From positions 32,001 through 96,000 of the IMG/VR virus record IMGVR_UViG_3300012020_000003: DNA of 64,000 bases; one strand, given 5' to 3'. Made by a program: the position numbers and the translations under genes. Below are positions 39,777 to 49,591 of the stretch, in pieces. Within the stretch, counting starts at the first letter, position 1; the number at the start of each line of letters is the position of its first letter. This DNA comes from a virus. Its lineage: Duplodnaviria; Caudoviricetes. Below the pieces are notes generated by a model. The model did not search any database. It was given only the letters and a program-made list of their open reading frames with translations, and had not been told where the DNA came from.

Positions 39777-39797
39777 ATTACCACAATTTATAAATAA

Positions 39798-40013
39798 TTA
39801 CCAACTGATTTTATTTAATGGAGAGTCATCAATACTTTGAACTTTGTAATCAAACTCAAGCAACGTCTGTAATACTTCTGTATGTAAATTATTAAACCAA
39901 ATATACCTTCCACCTCGGCTCGCTTCGGCTAATATTAAGTCCATAATTATGCCCCATTGTTTGTCAGCATTATCATACTGTTCGCTTAGATTTCTTGCTT
40001 CCTGTGCTGTCAT
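39798..40013 (-). CDS. Hypothetical protein
   Basis: MTAQEAR...ISW small phage protein pattern. Confidence 0.6.
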   Translation of the reverse strand: MTAQEARNLSEQYDNADKQWGIIMDLILAEASRGGRYIWFNNLHTEVLQTLLEFDYKVQSIDDSPLNKISW

Positions 40014-40246
40014 GACAGTATTATTATTGGAATATCACCATCGTTTAGCTCCCAAGATTTAAATTTATATGGATATCCGTCAAATGCATCTCTGGTTGTA
40101 ACTGAAGTTTGTCTTCCTGTATTATACTGAGTAACTCCAGATAATGAAACTAATTTCCCATTATGTTCAAAATTCGATGATCGTATTACTATCTCAGCAT
40201 CGCCATTTAACAATTCAAGTTGTTTGATTAATTCATCTTTTGTCAT
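40010..40246 (-). CDS. Hypothetical protein
   Basis: MTKDELIKQLE..D.EIVI pattern. Confidence 0.6.
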   Translation of the reverse strand: MTKDELIKQLELLNGDAEIVIRSSNFEHNGKLVSLSGVTQYNTGRQTSVTTRDAFDGYPYKFKSWELNDGDIPIIILS

Positions 40247-40252
40247 GGTAAT

Positions 40253-40573
40253 TTATTTAAATTTCGCAATGCACCAGTCAATGAATTGCATTCTTATTGA
40301 ATAACGTTCATCTCTGGTGGTAGATACGAATGTAGTGAACAATATATAGTTAAACATATATGGTTTCTCCGGAAGTTCAAATATCGTTTTAGTTACAGTA
40401 AGAAATTCTCTAGCCAATTCAATTATTATAGATTTACCCGGAATCTCGGCATTCCATACTTTATTGAATAAAATTGAATTATCACAAATGAATGGAGTTC
40501 CTGGATAAATAGGATAGGTTGTTATCATTTGTTCTTTGACAGTTTGCCAAAATTTGCTGGTGGATACTTCCAT
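40253..40573 (-). CDS. Paralog family A hypothetical protein
   Basis: FWQTVK...FIC..S..F...R.QFIDWCIAKF. Confidence 0.65.
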   Translation of the reverse strand: MEVSTSKFWQTVKEQMITTYPIYPGTPFICDNSILFNKVWNAEIPGKSIIIELAREFLTVTKTIFELPEKPYMFNYILFTTFVSTTRDERYSIRMQFIDWCIAKFK

Positions 40574-40605
40574 AATTTACTCTTAATACTCGTTATTCTT
40601 ATTTG

Positions 40606-40681
40606 CGCGGTGTATAGGAATCGAACCTATTAACAGCGGACCCAATGTCCGTATGCACGACCATCATACATCAAACACCGC
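40606..40681 (-). tRNA. tRNA-like gene with 5-nt anticodon loop
   Basis: On the minus strand: gcggtgt/acaccgc; cggac-attgg-gtccg; atagg-ttcgatt-cctat. Confidence 0.6.
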
Positions 40682-40774
40682 AATCAAGAAGACCAGTCAG
40701 AAATTAGTGTCGACAAATTCCTTAGGCTATGTGATCCATCATCTTGTTAGGATCGGGTGATCATTCCGATCTTT

Positions 40775-40847
40775 GCTGGTTAATAGGGAATCCAACCCTA
40801 ATCCTGAGCTCCAGTAACGGCCTCTGTGCAACGTACACCATAACCAA
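40775..40847 (-). other. Degenerate tRNA-like element, anticodon unresolved
   Basis: ttggtta/taaccag; gtgt-acgtt-gcac D-like arm; taggg-ttggatt-cccta. Confidence 0.4.
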
Positions 40848-40895
40848 TCGGCGTTTTCGAACACGCCATTTCCGGATTAATTACTTCCGTTTTTG

Positions 40896-40996
40896 TAGTC
40901 AGGACAGGATTCGAACCTGTATGAGTTGACGGTATTAACCTTCCTTTTCAACTCTATCTACCAACCGTTAGCGTCTATCAATTCCGCCACCTGACT
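40896..40996 (-). other. tRNA shell (Leu-type) with no anticodon stem and a long internal hairpin
   Basis: agtcagg/cctgact; gcggaattgatagacgc; gagttga/tcaactc hairpin; acagg-ttcgaat-cctgt. Confidence 0.6.
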
Positions 40997-41352
40997 ATAT
41001 AATAAAATATTGACCTACCAATCATAACCTATATACGCTTGAGTTACAATCCCATTTTCCACGGCGAAACATTCGTATCTATTTTCACCATCCTTATTGC
41101 CTACTTCTTTTTCGGCTCCTCGATCAACGTATCGGTTGGAATGGTACAAGATTCGCCCGTAATTCGAATATTAAATTAGCCTTACCTAACGGAACGTACC
41201 CCGCATTATTAAGCTTCATTAATGCCATTCCTATTACCTTTGTAACATACAACAAATATACAATGTTTATATGAATAAACCAAGAATATGTTGAGTATTA
41301 ACAATAAATTAACTTCAAGTTAAGCTTACTGGTCTTTCATTTTTTAAATATT

Positions 41353-41961
41353 TTATGCTAGCATTTTCGTTTGATACCATCTCACTCCATTTGCGAAATC
41401 TAAAATGCTGCATTCATGTGGGCTAATCTGGTCCGGATCAATGTTATTTATTTTGACCCAAGCAGAAGCATAAGATCTGGCAGCGGCTTGCGTCGATAAT
41501 CCAATCGTATTTTCCATCCATGTATTAATAAAAGGTTTATTACCTTTATTACCATTAAAAGATGCGGCAAAATCAGAAATTGCACAGAACACTGCTTCAG
41601 TTTGATCTAATCGTGTCACTTCTATGACTTTTGTTTTATGGGCATCGTCCCAAATTGTTACCCATGTATCCTTGTTAAATCCATCAACTGGTTTATGCAT
41701 CAGCCGACGACCAAAATCTACTTGATACCCATTCGACTCTATGAAAAGTTTAGCATCCATTAATTTGTTCCAATCTTCATGAAATTTCAAATGGGAATTA
41801 AATCCTTTCCAATTTATATTATCTAATGCATCATTATCTTCTCGATAAGTCCCTTTAACCCACCAACCATAATTTTGATATGAATCAGCTGAATGGAGTT
41901 CGCTGATATATTCCCAACCTAGCATAATTGCTATTTGTGCGTTGCGTTCATTTGTATCCAT
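41353..41961 (-). CDS. Hypothetical protein
   Basis: 202-aa ORF. Confidence 0.65.
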   Translation of the reverse strand: MDTNERNAQIAIMLGWEYISELHSADSYQNYGWWVKGTYREDNDALDNINWKGFNSHLKFHEDWNKLMDAKLFIESNGYQVDFGRRLMHKPVDGFNKDTWVTIWDDAHKTKVIEVTRLDQTEAVFCAISDFAASFNGNKGNKPFINTWMENTIGLSTQAAARSYASAWVKINNIDPDQISPHECSILDFANGVRWYQTKMLA

Positions 41962-42220
41962 GTGTAACCAAATTATATAGGTGTTTTATATATTCATTAG
42001 CAAAATCTACTTCTTCATCTGGAATAACCACCATTGTTTGAATCTTGCCTTCAAGCAATTTTAAAATTTTTGGTTTTAACTTTTTAATTTGTATAAATAT
42101 CAGAAACAAATTTGGATAGTCGATAATTATTTTGGTCACCTTAATATTATGGTTACTACAAAAATCTATAAAGTGTTGCAAAGATGTGCCATCTTTGAAA
42201 TTTATATAAATGGTTTGCAT
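41948..42220 (-). CDS. Hypothetical protein
   Basis: ORF track. Confidence 0.5.
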   Translation of the reverse strand: MQTIYINFKDGTSLQHFIDFCSNHNIKVTKIIIDYPNLFLIFIQIKKLKPKILKLLEGKIQTMVVIPDEEVDFANEYIKHLYNLVTHGYK

Positions 42221-42294
42221 AATTCTGCTTTATATCTCCAACCAATAAGAATTTTGTTGGAACATTTACAATTTCGATTTTCATAATAACCAGT

Positions 42295-42978
42295 TTAAAA
42301 TATTTTAGGTATAAATCCACCTTGGACACATCCCGGAATAGGTAACATACAATCACCTGCTACATCAGATCCTAAGGCAGCAATTCCACGATACCAATAC
42401 TTTTTATATGGCTCTTGAATTTTTGCAACTTGAATTAATGCATGTAGTCCACCTCGAGTTTCAATGAATACTATCGCATCTTCATTAATCAATTCGCATA
42501 TCTCATTCTTCAATTTACTGATCGTGGATTTATCTTTCAAATCAAAGTCAAAATCAACATAATACTTACTTCCAGGAGATTTTTGAATTGCACTTAGTGC
42601 TTCTTGCTGGACATTGTATCCATGAGCATTGTCAGCTATAAGGTCGGCAAGCTTTTTAAGTAATACCTTGGCTGCTTTAGTTTGTGATCGCGGGTTTGGA
42701 TGAATATAAACAACTAATGATTCTTGTGGCACTTCTCTATCGCCAAGAGAATAATTACCAACTTTTATTTCTAATTGTCTTAATTTTGAAATCAAATTAC
42801 TCTTGTTACAAGTCAAACGTTTCAATTGTGTTTTGTCGTTAGACCATATCAGTTCAGGACAATATTTTTTTCTCGCAAATAACGAAACATAGAAGCATTC
42901 GTCTTGTTTTAGATTTGGTAAGACAGTGTCCATGAAATAAATAAGCATTTGCTCATCTTCTATTATTTTATAATTCAT
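42295..42978 (-). CDS. Possible AEP (primase-polymerase) superfamily protein
   Basis: YVDFDFD (DxD) and IETRGGLH (xxGxH) motifs. Confidence 0.5.
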   Translation of the reverse strand: MNYKIIEDEQMLIYFMDTVLPNLKQDECFYVSLFARKKYCPELIWSNDKTQLKRLTCNKSNLISKLRQLEIKVGNYSLGDREVPQESLVVYIHPNPRSQTKAAKVLLKKLADLIADNAHGYNVQQEALSAIQKSPGSKYYVDFDFDLKDKSTISKLKNEICELINEDAIVFIETRGGLHALIQVAKIQEPYKKYWYRGIAALGSDVAGDCMLPIPGCVQGGFIPKIF

Positions 42979-43452
42979 ATTAGGTTAATGTTCAATGTAT
43001 GAAACTTCAATCTTATAAATATAAGCATATTCCAATTCATATATCCCAGCTACGTCGAGTGCTTCGTCAATTGAATCAAATATTTTTAATTTTTACCGGC
43101 GTTATCCTTCCAAAAATCCATCGGCTGGATTGTTTGGAATTACGATAACAAATTTTTCCTGTATTATAGTCAAGCATCTAAATCGGATATATCGTATGCA
43201 AATTTGTGCATGTTATATTAGATTGTGATTGAAATTAATTGCGCTTCTCTTCCAAGAAACTCGTTTTCCCAAATCTTTTTGGTTGTAGCAATGGCTGTTT
43301 CAGGCGAATTTGCCCAAATATTCAAAACATCAGATATTTCTATTCCGAAATCGGTATATTTTAATTTGCATTCAAAATGTACTATCATATCTTTAATTTT
43401 ATTACCACAAAGTTATAAAATTATTTAATATAAAATGTAATTCAATGATAGT

Positions 43453-43842
43453 TTAACAAAAATTTAACATTATCCAATCAATAATTCGTTTGACAGCTGG
43501 CTTCTTCTGAATTGGAGGGTTACAACCAGAATCAATTAATTTTTGTCGTGCTAACTTTAAAATATTTATTCTTAATATCGTTTCATTGGCGCTTTTTTTA
43601 TAAAATGGATTACGCAATTTACCAGGCAATTCGTGCTCACACCCTATCTCATTGGCAGCATCTAAAATTAGTAATTCTTCAAAAATCATCCATATATCAC
43701 TAGCCCGAATTTCCTTTGGCCAAACTGGCTGGCAGCATAAATATACAGAATCATGTGAAGATTTCTTACGGACAGACGACAATAATTTATCAACCTGTTC
43801 AATTTTATTATAAGACTTCCCATTATATGTAAAATTATCCAT
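43453..43842 (-). CDS. Hypothetical protein
   Basis: Start at ATG43842. Confidence 0.55.
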   Translation of the reverse strand: MDNFTYNGKSYNKIEQVDKLLSSVRKKSSHDSVYLCCQPVWPKEIRASDIWMIFEELLILDAANEIGCEHELPGKLRNPFYKKSANETILRINILKLARQKLIDSGCNPPIQKKPAVKRIIDWIMLNFC

Positions 43843-43852
43843 ATATTTATTT

Positions 43853-44443
43853 TTATATGTTACAAATTTCACTACACCATTTAATATATGCACTTCCAGG
43901 CATCCATTTCCAATGATCCAATGAAAATACATCATTGTTCATAATGATTGGATATGAATGGGTAGCAATAATATATTGAACTTGGGTGGTCGTTTTTATT
44001 TTTTTGTTGAACCTGATTTGGTTTGATATTGATAATCCAGCTTCGGGTTCATCCAGTATTAATACGGCGGGTTCGTCAACTATTATATCAATGACCAGCT
44101 CTTCCAATACTTCACCATGTGATTTAAACCGAGCAGCGACAGCATTTGCAAATCCATAACCAATGCTATAACCATTGACATCAGAATATGTTTGTGGATC
44201 TGTTATCCTTGGATTATCCAATTCAGAATTGAAATAGAAAGTATCTATATTACGGCACCTATCAGTCAGTTCTACTGATATTCCGGGATCGTTTTTTCTT
44301 AACATCGAAAGAAGAGTCGATTTTCCTGTTCCCTGGCCGCCTACGATTACGGTTAACGGCTTTAATTTAATTGCCTGTGTTCTTAGTACATGTGATCCAG
44401 GATAACTTCTTGTGTCTAATATTTTAATTACATCGGCGTACAT
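43853..44443 (-). CDS. ABC-type/AAA ATPase
   Basis: GGQGTGKST, SHGE signature, LILDEPEAGLS, IATHS. Confidence 0.85.
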   Translation of the reverse strand: MYADVIKILDTRSYPGSHVLRTQAIKLKPLTVIVGGQGTGKSTLLSMLRKNDPGISVELTDRCRNIDTFYFNSELDNPRITDPQTYSDVNGYSIGYGFANAVAARFKSHGEVLEELVIDIIVDEPAVLILDEPEAGLSISNQIRFNKKIKTTTQVQYIIATHSYPIIMNNDVFSLDHWKWMPGSAYIKWCSEICNI

Positions 44444-44444
44444 T

Positions 44445-44690
44445 TTATTCTATTTTCATTTTTACATTTTGATTCCATGCTGTCAGATGGGTGTGTATCC
44501 GCTCAGCTAAATCGTATATATATTTAGATGTATCTCGTTTTTTAAAAAACATGTTATCTGATAAAAAATTAATAGAATCAATCATTCGTTGATATATGGG
44601 AATTACTAAGTCATCGCATTTAAGACCATATTTTATAATTTGGTCTTCCAATGGTTTTTTTAACTTAATTTTTATTTTTTTATCTTTCAT
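44445..44690 (-). CDS. Hypothetical protein
   Basis: ORF track. Confidence 0.5.
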   Translation of the reverse strand: MKDKKIKIKLKKPLEDQIIKYGLKCDDLVIPIYQRMIDSINFLSDNMFFKKRDTSKYIYDLAERIHTHLTAWNQNVKMKIE

Positions 44691-44893
44691 TGTTTAAACC
44701 CAATTTTAGTTTTTGAACCAGTAACACTAAATTCAAATTCACTGACCCAAGCAGTTTCATATTTTCCTTCGTAAAAATATCCAATTTGATACTGAACATA
44801 TTCAGTTGATTGAATTGATGCCTGTACGATTTTTGCTCGAATGTTAGATATAGCGGTGTGTACAATTGTACCCGGTAGGTAAACTTCTATCAT
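44687..44893 (-). CDS. Hypothetical protein
   Basis: Coupled ORF. Confidence 0.55.
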   Translation of the reverse strand: MIEVYLPGTIVHTAISNIRAKIVQASIQSTEYVQYQIGYFYEGKYETAWVSEFEFSVTGSKTKIGFKQ

Positions 44894-45594
44894 TTTTTAA
44901 GGCGTGTTTTGGATTGAAAATATTCTTTGGTTTCTACATTCATTATCGTCAGTTTGCCATAATCTTCTCCAGCTCCGGTATCTATGTTCCATATTAAATT
45001 TCCAGCAAACATAGGCTTTGTGGTTTTCCAACATATTGTCGCAGTATGCCCAATAAATATTTCTGAAAAATTATCTGCAGTTTTTAGTCTGTCATGTTTT
45101 GATACACATAATGCTTTTTCAAAAAGACTACGATTCCACCAATATTCAGCACGGTTCTGCGTACTAATTGGTATGCGCCGATCAAACCCACCATGTATGA
45201 ACAATCGATTTTGGTCATCTACATATTTTGCATGCATTGATCTAAAGAAATCAACATGAGTTTGTGGAATATCAAAGGGATTAATTACATCCTTTCCAGC
45301 ATGTTTGATATAGGATTCCATTGTAGATATTCCACCCTGTGCCCATTTCGTCGGGTGGCTTCCAGTATTTAACCAAGTAATAAACCAATCATCGTGGTTA
45401 CCGCGAATTTGAATTAAATTTTTAACTTTAAGCAACAATTCTACACATTCATAGATGTAGGGCTGGTTACCGTCACAAATATCTCCCAACTGTATCAATG
45501 TATCGCGTTCGAAATCAAATTTTGATAATTCAAAACATTCTAACATTTGGTGATATGCTCCATGTATATCCCCCATACAAAAAATTCTTGGCAT
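44890..45594 (-). CDS. Calcineurin-like metallophosphoesterase (lambda-type Ser/Thr phosphatase)
   Basis: GDIHG, GDICD, RGNHD, IHGG, IGHT, IDTG. Confidence 0.9.
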   Translation of the reverse strand: MPRIFCMGDIHGAYHQMLECFELSKFDFERDTLIQLGDICDGNQPYIYECVELLLKVKNLIQIRGNHDDWFITWLNTGSHPTKWAQGGISTMESYIKHAGKDVINPFDIPQTHVDFFRSMHAKYVDDQNRLFIHGGFDRRIPISTQNRAEYWWNRSLFEKALCVSKHDRLKTADNFSEIFIGHTATICWKTTKPMFAGNLIWNIDTGAGEDYGKLTIMNVETKEYFQSKTRLKK

Positions 45595-45768
45595 AATTAT
45601 GGTTTAAACATTATTTTATCTGTAAATTTAATCTCTTTTAAATTAAAATTGCGTATTACATCACGTGCATCATTAGCGTCAATATTAATTGTCAACGACT
45701 TGTTGGCCCAATTACTAATAACCATATGGTATTTATTAGTCCTGGGTTGTTGTTCAATTCGTATAATA

Positions 45769-46275
45769 TTAAGGCTCATCATATTCAACAATTGTTACTT
45801 CTGAATTTGTCAATTCGGTGGTAATTATTTTTAAAATTCTATCCCAATCTCCCCTAGCACGGTCAGCCCCTATCTTAGGAAGGCCAATACGTTTGCCCGT
45901 GAATAAACGATTTATTTTCCGCAAGCAAAGGGTCAGCGCTTCATAATCTAATGGTATAGACATGGATGCCGGCATGTTTCTAGAATTCCAATATTGAGTA
46001 TATGCATTAACAATAATTAATGGGGCTCCTGACCATTTAGATGAGACCCGATATTCGATATTTCCAAGTTTTCCAATGAATCCTGCACTTGATGGATTTT
46101 CTCCTGGGTAATAAACCGGATTCGCGGTGTCGAAATGTTTAGCCATTTGTGGGGCTAGTCCCGATCGTTGGGTGCAAAAACAATTACACCCATGCACAAT
46201 CAAATCGAAATGGCCATCAATTGCTAATTTAATCAGGTCGCCTTTAACGAATTTTATTTTGCCAGGTTGAATCAT
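45769..46275 (-). CDS. Macrodomain protein (Poa1p/TARG1-like)
   Basis: VKGDL, HGCNC....GLA, NAYTQ, GLPKIG. Confidence 0.85.
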   Translation of the reverse strand: MIQPGKIKFVKGDLIKLAIDGHFDLIVHGCNCFCTQRSGLAPQMAKHFDTANPVYYPGENPSSAGFIGKLGNIEYRVSSKWSGAPLIIVNAYTQYWNSRNMPASMSIPLDYEALTLCLRKINRLFTGKRIGLPKIGADRARGDWDRILKIITTELTNSEVTIVEYDEP

Positions 46276-46507
46276 ATTTTTGTATTTTTAAAATGTTTTG
46301 TTCAAGATCATACGTCAATTTTTTAATTCGGATGTCACAATCCGATGTATTAATATATTTGACACGTTCGACATATACCGTATCGACTTGTGGGACTGGT
46401 TGTATAAGTTCAATCTGCTTTGGAATTGAACGTGATTTACGATAATCATTATACAAATAGGCTGTAACAATTATATAAGCTATCCCTGCTAAAATTATAT
46501 ATTTCAT
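46244..46507 (-). CDS. Membrane-anchored hypothetical protein
   Basis: N-terminal TM, VDTVYV. Confidence 0.55.
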   Translation of the reverse strand: MKYIILAGIAYIIVTAYLYNDYRKSRSIPKQIELIQPVPQVDTVYVERVKYINTSDCDIRIKKLTYDLEQNILKIQKYDSTWQNKIR

Positions 46508-46510
46508 AAA

Positions 46511-46966
46511 TTAAAAATTAGCATTGATATAATTCTTAAGCATATTCAAATTCGTGGTTCTAAATCCAGTATGGGCAGGATGACTAAACCCATATTCTGT
46601 GATCCGATTAGGTTTAGCACCGCTTCCAGACATGCTTATATTTCCACCAGTAGGTCGGATTTTTTTGCATAAAACTTGGTATAAAGCCCAAGGATCAGTG
46701 TCTTGGGTTGCTTCCCAAATTTCGTTATTTCTAATTCGAGTTAATGCATTATGATATTTTATGCTATGATTAGATTCTAAAAAATCGGCACATTGCAATA
46801 CCATATCATCGAAATTGTTTAAGTCGGAATAGACTCCTGCTGTGAAATACGTTACAAAATCTCGGGTTTTGCCACCTAATTTAAGTGTCAGTGTATCATT
46901 ATTAAATGTTACATTCGAATTGATGAACATTTCATCTACAATTGCGTTTAATTGTTCTAAATTCAT
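46511..46966 (-). CDS. Hypothetical protein
   Basis: Start at ATG46966, downstream of the tRNA-like element. Confidence 0.6.
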   Translation of the reverse strand: MNLEQLNAIVDEMFINSNVTFNNDTLTLKLGGKTRDFVTYFTAGVYSDLNNFDDMVLQCADFLESNHSIKYHNALTRIRNNEIWEATQDTDPWALYQVLCKKIRPTGGNISMSGSGAKPNRITEYGFSHPAHTGFRTTNLNMLKNYINANF

Positions 46967-46981
46967 TTTTATTTTATTTAG

Positions 46982-47055
46982 TAGGTGCAATGGGATTCGA
47001 ACCCATTTCACTATCCAGCCCATGCCGGATCGCTTAACCCTAAAGCTCTACACCT
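46982..47055 (-). tRNA. tRNA-like gene with shrunken anticodon loop
   Basis: aggtgta/tgcacct; gctt-tagggtt-aagc; tccggc-atgg-gctgga; atggg-ttcgaat-cccat. Confidence 0.6.
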
Positions 47056-47498
47056 ATTTTTTGAATTTTACCATAAAACAGACCAACCGTGTCGTATGAT
47101 AATACATCAATTTGTAACCGTGACCGTTTTGATAATTTATCATTGATGACATACTCTCCTTGATACGGACAATTACATAATACTTGAATTGAATCTCCCA
47201 TTTTAAATCTATCTAGCAAATCTCTTGATATAGCCACGGACTTCATCAATCGTTTCGGGTCAATAATTGTGCCATCAGCAGTCTCCAAGTGATTTCCATG
47301 GGTTTGCTCTGGAACTGGATTATACACGGTTATTTTAACATATTCATCGACAATATTAAAGTCAACACATTGGTCTGGATGTGATGTAGGGTTCGTATAT
47401 GTTTCAAAGCAATAAATCGAACTTAATAGAAGTATTGCCGCAAAAATAAAATATCGAACACTGAAAATTTCACTTTTAATATTTTGTATTAATGTCAT
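47040..47498 (-). CDS. 3D-domain protein (cell-wall glycan-acting, MltA/3D-like)
   Basis: N-terminal TM; TVY..QT..TADG, VAISRDL, D...IDV. Confidence 0.75.
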   Translation of the reverse strand: MTLIQNIKSEIFSVRYFIFAAILLLSSIYCFETYTNPTSHPDQCVDFNIVDEYVKITVYNPVPEQTHGNHLETADGTIIDPKRLMKSVAISRDLLDRFKMGDSIQVLCNCPYQGEYVINDKLSKRSRLQIDVLSYDTVGLFYGKIQKIGVEL

Positions 47499-48709
47499 AT
47501 ATTTGTTAGATTCATTTTTGGATTGTCGGACACCCAAAACGCTGCCTTTTTTATCTCAGGCACATTTAACTGATTGATTAAATGTTCTTTAAATTGAGTT
47601 GGGGTAAGGCCAAGTTCATGCACCACACCATCTTCGCGAGATACACATTCGATATTTTCCGTCATCAATTGGTCATAACATGTAAATATTATATGGTCAG
47701 TTGTATATGTATATTTGGTTAGTTCATGCTCCAAAAAATTAACTCTTAATGCATATTCTAATAATTGTAAATCTAATTTAGAAACTTTAAAATCGTGTTG
47801 ATACAAATTAAATCTATTCACTTCCATTTCCGTGTTCCGTAACAGTATAGGAAATTGTTCAAACGGCCCTGCACCATGTCTGGTATGATAACAACGGCTT
47901 ACTGCATACCGATATATACACATACGCTTATAAGCAGTTAAATATTTATTAACATAATCATAGGCAGGTGCTGATGTCGTCGTACTTCTAGTGACATGTG
48001 GAAACATGCCATATTTCTGATCTAACAGAATGCCTTGGTTTGGTTCGAAAATAATGTCCGAATATAAATCGTGATCTGGAAGTTCTAAGATATTAACTAT
48101 TTTAGTCACATCTAAATAGGCTTGTAATTCGTCATCTAAATCAATTACATCCAGGACTGAACTTGGTACGCCCCAATCACGATAATACTCTTTAATCGAT
48201 TGTAATTTAAGTTTCAGAATATATGGGTTAGAATTAACCATCATACCAACCGTAAATTGGCATTTTTTATTACGTTCAATCGTCGCATTGAAGCCCATAC
48301 CAACTGATCCATGACGATTAACGCCTTTGCTATCTTCAGACCATCTGTTAAAAGCGATGTCGTATGATGTTGTAACCATGACATCAGGATGATAATAGTT
48401 AACTGGTTCGAAATTTCTAAAGCTTAGCTGTTCGTATTCAATTGCCAATCCAAGTGGGAACATGGTTGTCTCCGGGCCATACCAGGTTGGAACATCTTGA
48501 AATACCCCCGACCCAAAATTTCTAAATTCATGTAGAATCGAAGGTTTCCCAGGCTCTTTAAATTTAACAGTATGACCAACTTGATGTCCGCCTTGCAATC
48601 GGATGACTAAAAACCTTGCAGTTGGAAGACCAGCTCGTATTATATAGTCAACAGTTGAACCCTTTCCGGAATCGCCGTAACCAAGATCAGTGATAATATG
48701 TGCGTTCAT
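47495..48709 (-). CDS. Divergent adenylosuccinate synthetase-like (PurA-like) protein
   Basis: DLGYGDSGKG, GGHQVGHTV, HGSVGMG, FEPNQGILLD..G.FPHVT.S, TRHGAGPF. Confidence 0.85.
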   Translation of the reverse strand: MNAHIITDLGYGDSGKGSTVDYIIRAGLPTARFLVIRLQGGHQVGHTVKFKEPGKPSILHEFRNFGSGVFQDVPTWYGPETTMFPLGLAIEYEQLSFRNFEPVNYYHPDVMVTTSYDIAFNRWSEDSKGVNRHGSVGMGFNATIERNKKCQFTVGMMVNSNPYILKLKLQSIKEYYRDWGVPSSVLDVIDLDDELQAYLDVTKIVNILELPDHDLYSDIIFEPNQGILLDQKYGMFPHVTRSTTTSAPAYDYVNKYLTAYKRMCIYRYAVSRCYHTRHGAGPFEQFPILLRNTEMEVNRFNLYQHDFKVSKLDLQLLEYALRVNFLEHELTKYTYTTDHIIFTCYDQLMTENIECVSREDGVVHELGLTPTQFKEHLINQLNVPEIKKAAFWVSDNPKMNLTNI

Positions 48710-48712
48710 GCG

Positions 48713-49591
48713 TTATAAAGTGATTTTAAAAGTGTCTGATGTATCCACTGGAATAGGGTCAACGATTGCTTGAGCTGGTTGTGAGTTATCGATGGTATCT
48801 TTATTCAATTCAAGAATTTTTGCCGAAATAATATCAGGAATCTGATGATAATCAGTGACCACAATTAAATTGTCTCCAAACAGTTGTCTCCAAGACGGAG
48901 AAGTTCTTGTTCCGTGTTCAATTGAGATATGAAATAAATCCCAATTCTTTTTGGCCTTTTCATACAACGTAATGTCAGTTTCGTCAATATTTTGGCCACC
49001 AAATAATGCGTTTAAAACGCCACGCGGATAAGATCTTAGGTTTGGTTCATCACCAATTGAAAACAATATTCCTTTTTTGCCCCGTTTTTCAATGTGGTCA
49101 CATGCTGTATGATCGGCAGCAAATTTCCAGGCTAAAGCATACGATTCGCCATCGTTGCCGCCACCACCACGTTCTAACCAGACGGATTGCAGCCACTTAT
49201 CCATTAATTCATCGGATGACTCAAACTGCCCTACTTGAAATGGAGCTCTATCACATTCATGATCACCAATTGCCGAGAAACATATCTGTGGATGTTCAAT
49301 TCCAGCATTAATTATTTTCGAAACAATATCAGGTAACCCGTCAGCGATAAACATCCTAGGGATCGTGCTCATGGATCCGGTCACATCAAGCGATATAATT
49401 ATGGGAATTGAATATGGATGTTCTGCAGAATCTCGAGACTCACGAATTTTTCCATATATTACCATATCAGGATGAATCTGCTGCTCCCGGTTCTGTTTAA
49501 AAATATCATCATTGGATACGGTGCTGTCTTTATATCCAGATGCATCCGCCCTTGACGTTCTGCAACTAAAATTGTATGATCCGTCACCCAT
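48713..49591 (-). CDS. vWA domain protein
   Basis: SLDVTGSM MIDAS, QVGQFES, GGGGNDGESY, IGDE. Confidence 0.85.
   Translation of the reverse strand: MGDGSYNFSCRTSRADASGYKDSTVSNDDIFKQNREQQIHPDMVIYGKIRESRDSAEHPYSIPIIISLDVTGSMSTIPRMFIADGLPDIVSKIINAGIEHPQICFSAIGDHECDRAPFQVGQFESSDELMDKWLQSVWLERGGGGNDGESYALAWKFAADHTACDHIEKRGKKGILFSIGDEPNLRSYPRGVLNALFGGQNIDETDITLYEKAKKNWDLFHISIEHGTRTSPSWRQLFGDNLIVVTDYHQIPDIISAKILELNKDTIDNSQPAQAIVDPIPVDTSDTFKITL

Noticed and set aside
40775-40847. Ochre (TTA) suppressor tRNA
   Set aside because: The anticodon stem is irregular and could equally be read as TAC; no anticodon can be assigned.
47495-48709. PurZ / Z-base (2-aminoadenine) genome
   Set aside because: The P-loop keeps Asp (GDSGKG) rather than the Ser of PurZ, and the adjacent HD protein looks SpoT/Mesh1-like rather than DatZ-like.
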